Assembly (NCBI GenBank): GCA_039714075.1
Contig: JBDLKA010000109.1
Location: 1 to 11,368, forward strand
From: Candidatus Krumholzibacteriota bacterium
GTDB lineage: Bacteria > Krumholzibacteriota > Krumholzibacteriia > LZORAL124-64-63
Length of the DNA: 11,368 bases
Direction: 5' to 3'
Shown: one piece after another, positions 7,254-11,368 of the stretch
How positions within the stretch are numbered: position 1 is the first letter of the stretch
Layout: each line of letters opens with the position of its first letter
Made by a program: the position numbers and the translations under genes
The notes under the pieces: model-generated
Database searches by the model: none
What the model was told of the DNA's origin: nothing
What the model saw: only the letters and a program-made list of their open reading frames with translations

Positions 7254-10200
7254 ATGCAACAATATTTATTCAGACGCACCGCGACCATCTTAATGGCCGC
7301 GGTTCTTCTCGCCCTTCTCGCCGGCGTGGCCCTGGCCCTGGAGCCCACCGCGCCCCGGCCGTTCGCTCCGGTCCAGAACGGTTTCTCGCCAGAGACCGAC
7401 AGTGTCCTGCCCTATCATCCCGCCCGCTTACTCGTCAAATTCAAATCCGAGGCCCTTGAAGCGGCCAACCTGGACATCGCCCGGGACAAGGGCGCCACGG
7501 CGCCAGGGGCCCGCACCGGCATCCGGTCCGTCGACGCCCTGTGCGCCTCGGCGGGGGTCAAGCGGATCTCCCGTCCCTGGATCGCGGTGAACAAGACCAA
7601 CCTGGCCAACGAGCTGGGGTTGGACCTGTGGTACATGCTGGAGACCGACGGTTTCCAGGATCCGGCCGACCTGGTCAAAAGTTTCGCTGCTGACCGGAAC
7701 GTGGCCGAGACCACCGTCGACTGGCGGGCCTTCCCGGCCGCGGTGCCCAACGATCCCATGCACGACCTGCATTGGGGCCACAACAACACCGCCCAGATGC
7801 TCAGCTACGACTGGGCGACCCACAGCCATGAGAACGGATCGCCGGTCGGTACGGTGGGCTTCGACGCCAACGCCCAGGCCGCCTGGGACAACTCCCAGGG
7901 GTACGGCAGCAGCGGAGTGGTCATCGCCATCATCGACAGCGGTGTGGAAGCGGGTCATCCGGACCTGCTCCAGGTCACCGGTTACGACTACGGCGACAAC
8001 GATTCCAATCCGGACGACAACTCCGCCAGCGCGGGCCACGGCACCGCCTGCGCGGGTGTCGCCGCGGCCAGGGCCAACAACAGCCTGGGCACCGCGGGCA
8101 TCGCCGGCGCCTGCAGCATCATGCCCCTGAAGGTGGCCAACAGCGCGGGTTCGATGTATTTCTCCTCGATCCAGAACGCCCTGTATTACGCCGCGGACAA
8201 CGGCGCCGACATCGCCAGCATGAGCCTGGGCGCGGCCATCAGTTCGGATCCGGCCACCGATACGGCCCTGCAGTACGCGTACAACGCCGGGGTGACCCTG
8301 CTGGCGGCCACCGGCAACGAGAACGCCTCGACCATCAGCTATCCGGCCATCAACCAGTACGTCATGGCCGTCGGCGCCGCCTCGCCCTGTGGCGACCGGA
8401 AGCGCTCGTCCAGCAGCAGCGGCGAGGTCAACCCCGGGGTCAGCACCGATCCCAACGGGTACACCTGCGACGGCGAACGCTGGTGGGGCTCGAACTACGG
8501 CAACTCCACCCAGGACAGCAACGCGGCGGTGGACCTGATCGCCCCGACCATCCTGCCGACCACCGACCTTCTGGGCTCGGCCGGCTACGATTCCAGCGAC
8601 TACAGCAAGTGGTTCAACGGGACCTCCTGCGCCACGCCGTACGCCGCGGGCGTCGCGGCCCTGGTCAAGGTCGCCAACCCGTCGTTCACCCCGGCCCAGG
8701 TTCGCGACCGGCTGGTGAGCACCGCCCAGGATGTGACCAGCGTCGAATCCGGTTCCGGCTGGGACCGCTACGCGGGTTACGGCATGGTGGACGCCGACGC
8801 AGCCACCGCCGGCGGCTCGCCACCGCCCGACGCCATCACGGTGTCCTATCCCAACGGCGGCGAGACCCTGACCGGCGGCGACGCCGTGACCATCACCTGG
8901 AGCTGGACCGGCAGCTTCACCACCGTGGCCATCGAGTACAGTCTGGATGGCGGGTCGAACTGGACCTACATCACGTCCTCCACCGCCAACGACGGTTCCT
9001 ACGGCTGGACGGCGCCCACCACCGCCACCACCCAGGGCCGGGTCCGCATCACCGGCGGCACGGCGCAGGATGTCAGCGACAACAACTTCACCATCGACGT
9101 GCCGTCCGGCGGAGACTACGCCGCCCTGCCCTACAGCACGGGCTTCGAGGGCGGCGCGGTGGACCAGTACTGGACCACGGCCTCGACCAACGTGGGCCGC
9201 ATCCTGGTCACCACGAATAACACGCCCCACGGCGGCAGCTACCACCTGACCATGGACAGCGCCACCAACGGCACCTACTGCCAGAACGAGGCCTGGCTGC
9301 ACCTGGATCTCGGCGGCGAGAGCCAGGCGGACCTGACCTTCTGGTGGAAGGATTTCAGCGACGAGACCCACACCCAGGACGGTGTGTACTTCTCGGATGA
9401 CGCGGGCGCCAGCTTCGTGAAGGTCCAGGACCTCAACGGCGCCAGCTACACCAACAACGTCTGGAACGAATTCAGCCTGGACGTGGACGAACTGGCGGCC
9501 GCGAACGGCCTGTCATTCAGCTCCACCTTCGTGATCAAGTTCCAGCAGTACGACAACTACGGCATCACAACCGACGGGATGGCGTTCGACGACATCGGGA
9601 TCACCGCCGGGACGGCGCCGCCCCCGGACGCCGTGACGGTCACCTATCCCAACGGTGGCGAAACGCTGGCCGGCGGCGGTTCGGCGAACATCACGTGGAC
9701 CTGGACCGGGACGTTCACCACCGTGGACATCGACTACTCCAACGACGGCGGTTCCACCTGGTCGGCCATCGCGTCCGGCACCGCCAACGACGGATCCTAC
9801 TCCTGGTCCGTGCCCGCCGAAGCGACGACCCTGGGCAGGGTGCGTATCAGCGGCGGCACTGCCAGCGACACCAGCAACGGCAACTTCACCGTCGACTACA
9901 CGCCTCCAACGGGCGACTACGCCACGATTCCCTACAACACGGGCTTCGAAGGCGGCGCGGTGGACCAGTACTGGACCACAGCCTCGACCAACATCGGCCG
10001 CGTTCAGGTCACCACCTCCTACACGCCCCACGGCGGCAGCTACCACCTGACCATGGACAGCTCGGCCAACGGCAACTACTGCCTGAACGAGGCCTGGCTG
10101 CACCTGGACCTGACGGGTGAGACCGACATCGGCCTTTCTTTCTGGTGGAAGGAATTCGGGGACGAGACTCACGCCCAGGACGGCGTGTATTTCTCCGATG

Positions 10201-11093
10201 ACGACGGCGCCACCTTCGTCAAGGTGCAGGACCTGAACGGCGGCAGCTACACCAACCAGACCTGGAACCAGTTCGACCTGGATCTGGACGCCCTGGCCGG
10301 CGCGAACGGTCTGGGCCTGAGTTCGAACTTCATCGTCAAGTTCCAGCAGTACGACAACTACGTCATCACCACCGACGGCTTCGCCTTTGACGATATCGCC
10401 GTGACCGCGGGAGGCGGAGGCGGCGGTTCCGCCATCACGGCCGAGACCGAACCCAACGGCGACATGGCATCGTCCAATGGACCGGTCGGGGACGGAACCG
10501 ACGTCAGCGGGACGATTTCCTCCAGCAGTGACGACGACTATTTCTGGTTCGACGTAACCACCGCGGGGAACATCAACATCAGCGTGGCCATCGGCAGCAG
10601 CGCCGACCTCGACTGGTACCTGTACGACAGCGGCGGCACCGAGGTCGACCGCGGCTACACCGTCAGCAACCCGGAAGCGGGCAGCTATACGGCGGCCGTC
10701 GGCAAGTACTATCTGCGGGTCGACGGGTACAACGGGGCCACCAGCAGCTACACCCTGACGGTGACCGGCGGCCTGGCGCCCCTGGACGAAGCGCCCGAGA
10801 AGAGCGATCTGCCCCTGGTCTTCGCCCTGCGGCAGAACACGCCCAACCCGTTCAACCCGGTCACGACCATCAAGTTCGAGCTGCCCCGCAAGAGCCCGGT
10901 CAGGTTGACCATCTACGATCAGCGCGGCCGTCTGGTGCGGACCCTGATCAATGAGTCCATGACCCCGGGCGCCAAGTCGGTGGTCTGGGACGGAAGGGAC
11001 AACTTCGGCAGGCAGGCGAACTCGGGAGTCTTCCTGTATCTGATCGAAGCGGACGACTTCCGCGCCACGAAGAAGATGACCCTGTTGAAATAG
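7254..11093 (+). CDS. Secreted subtilisin-like serine protease (family S8), 1279 aa: signal peptide, propeptide, S8 domain, 2x[PNGGE Ig-like + jelly-roll/MAM-like domain], PPC-like domain, FlgD-Ig/T9SS-CTD-like domain
   Basis: RBS AGGGGA (7241-7246) and ATG at 7254, then a signal peptide ending ALA-LE. Catalytic triad: Asp in VIAIIDSG (7935-7937), His in GHGTACAG (8037-8039), Ser in FNGTSCATP (8625-8627). Oxyanion Asn in AATGNEN (8316-8318). PPC-like ETEPN...DDDYFWF...DLDWYLYD. C-terminus QNTPNPFNP...WDGRDNFGRQANSGVFLY...KKMTLLK. Confidence 0.95.
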   Translation: MQQYLFRRTATILMAAVLLALLAGVALALEPTAPRPFAPVQNGFSPETDSVLPYHPARLLVKFKSEALEAANLDIARDKGATAPGARTGIRSVDALCASAGVKRISRPWIAVNKTNLANELGLDLWYMLETDGFQDPADLVKSFAADRNVAETTVDWRAFPAAVPNDPMHDLHWGHNNTAQMLSYDWATHSHENGSPVGTVGFDANAQAAWDNSQGYGSSGVVIAIIDSGVEAGHPDLLQVTGYDYGDNDSNPDDNSASAGHGTACAGVAAARANNSLGTAGIAGACSIMPLKVANSAGSMYFSSIQNALYYAADNGADIASMSLGAAISSDPATDTALQYAYNAGVTLLAATGNENASTISYPAINQYVMAVGAASPCGDRKRSSSSSGEVNPGVSTDPNGYTCDGERWWGSNYGNSTQDSNAAVDLIAPTILPTTDLLGSAGYDSSDYSKWFNGTSCATPYAAGVAALVKVANPSFTPAQVRDRLVSTAQDVTSVESGSGWDRYAGYGMVDADAATAGGSPPPDAITVSYPNGGETLTGGDAVTITWSWTGSFTTVAIEYSLDGGSNWTYITSSTANDGSYGWTAPTTATTQGRVRITGGTAQDVSDNNFTIDVPSGGDYAALPYSTGFEGGAVDQYWTTASTNVGRILVTTNNTPHGGSYHLTMDSATNGTYCQNEAWLHLDLGGESQADLTFWWKDFSDETHTQDGVYFSDDAGASFVKVQDLNGASYTNNVWNEFSLDVDELAAANGLSFSSTFVIKFQQYDNYGITTDGMAFDDIGITAGTAPPPDAVTVTYPNGGETLAGGGSANITWTWTGTFTTVDIDYSNDGGSTWSAIASGTANDGSYSWSVPAEATTLGRVRISGGTASDTSNGNFTVDYTPPTGDYATIPYNTGFEGGAVDQYWTTASTNIGRVQVTTSYTPHGGSYHLTMDSSANGNYCLNEAWLHLDLTGETDIGLSFWWKEFGDETHAQDGVYFSDDDGATFVKVQDLNGGSYTNQTWNQFDLDLDALAGANGLGLSSNFIVKFQQYDNYVITTDGFAFDDIAVTAGGGGGGSAITAETEPNGDMASSNGPVGDGTDVSGTISSSSDDDYFWFDVTTAGNINISVAIGSSADLDWYLYDSGGTEVDRGYTVSNPEAGSYTAAVGKYYLRVDGYNGATSSYTLTVTGGLAPLDEAPEKSDLPLVFALRQNTPNPFNPVTTIKFELPRKSPVRLTIYDQRGRLVRTLINESMTPGAKSVVWDGRDNFGRQANSGVFLYLIEADDFRATKKMTLLK
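8820..10412 (+). repeat. Intragenic tandem duplication, two units of ~798-801 nt (8820-9611 and 9618-10412)
   Basis: Both units begin PPPDA(I/V)TV(S/T)YPNGGETL and end AFDDI(G/A)(I/V)TAG. They share an exact 41-nt match (9220-9260 = 10021-10061). Confidence 0.95.
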
Positions 11094-11119
11094 GGCGCTT
11101 CATTTGGTGAGGATGGATA

Positions 11120-11157
11120 CGGCCGCCGGACCATTAAGGTCCGGCGGCCGGTTTTTT
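11120..11157 (+). terminator. Rho-independent terminator of the S8 protease gene
   Basis: Perfect 13-bp stem CGGCCGCCGGACC (11120-11132), loop ATTAA, GGTCCGGCGGCCG (11138-11150), followed by GTTTTTT. It starts 26 nt after the stop codon. Confidence 0.92.
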
Positions 11158-11161
11158 CCGG

Positions 11162-11368
11162 TCAGAGGACCCGGTGGGTCTTGGTGATTGCGGCAACCCT
11201 CTCGTCCGGTACACCGGCGGCCTCCGCTAACTCCGCCCAGCGACCCACCGCCTCACCGACTTCGGCAATGATGTCCGCGCTCTTCCTGATACCCATCTCC
11301 CGTCCGATCGCCAGTAGATCCTCGCGCGTGAACCCGTCGCGTTTGCCGGCCAGCGTCATCTGGTGGCG
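11162..11368 (-). CDS. hipA: HipA-family toxin (type II toxin-antitoxin Ser/Thr kinase), C-terminal end (5' truncated by the window)
   Basis: The frame is open to the window edge and reads RHQMTLAGKRDGFTREDLLAIGREMGI...IIAEVGEAVGRWAELAEAAGV. This resembles the HQMS.NGKRD.FTR.DL...W...A..AGV C-terminus of HipA-domain proteins. The kinase motifs lie outside the window. Confidence 0.75.
   Translation of the reverse strand, partial: RHQMTLAGKRDGFTREDLLAIGREMGIRKSADIIAEVGEAVGRWAELAEAAGVPDERVAAITKTHRVL

Noticed and set aside
7428..10172. 647-aa and 219-aa minus-strand ORFs with mutual similarity
   Set aside because: Antisense shadows of the S8 gene. Their similarity just mirrors the sense-strand duplication.
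9111..10412. Repeat pair as a diversity-generating retroelement template/variable repeat
   Set aside because: Differences are not adenine-specific and many are synonymous. Both copies are in-frame coding domains, and there is no reverse transcriptase in the window.
1..11368. CRISPR array, tRNA/rRNA or IS element
   Set aside because: I found no regularly spaced direct repeats with unique spacers, no cloverleaf or rRNA signatures, and no transposase or terminal inverted repeats. Short recurring motifs such as CCGCCGTCG correspond to Asp-box codons.

Overview
GC-rich bacterial window with six real genes: the 3' end of moeA (+), a secreted or anchored Asp-box (BNR) beta-propeller protein (-), a stand-alone E. 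coli-type dihydroorotase pyrC (+, true start 3089), a second related BNR propeller protein with a C-terminal FlgD-Ig/T9SS-CTD-like domain (-), a 1279-aa multidomain subtilisin-like S8 protease with an internal ~800-nt tandem duplication and the same kind of C-terminal domain (+, followed by a strong intrinsic terminator), and the 3' end of a HipA-family toxin gene (-). The PNPFNP...WDG.D..GR...SGV.Y...KMTL C-termini suggest an FCB-superphylum lineage such as Krumholzibacteriota, Latescibacterota or Eisenbacteria (inference). I see no CRISPR array, RNA gene, transposase or reverse transcriptase, and no unambiguous new system. The best leads are: paralogous propellers carrying swapped C-terminal modules (one possibly an uncharacterised sorting or anchoring tag), conserved non-GH74 motifs in the propellers, a shared Asp-Lys junction motif in the exported proteins, and structured 5' regions upstream of pyrC and the protease.
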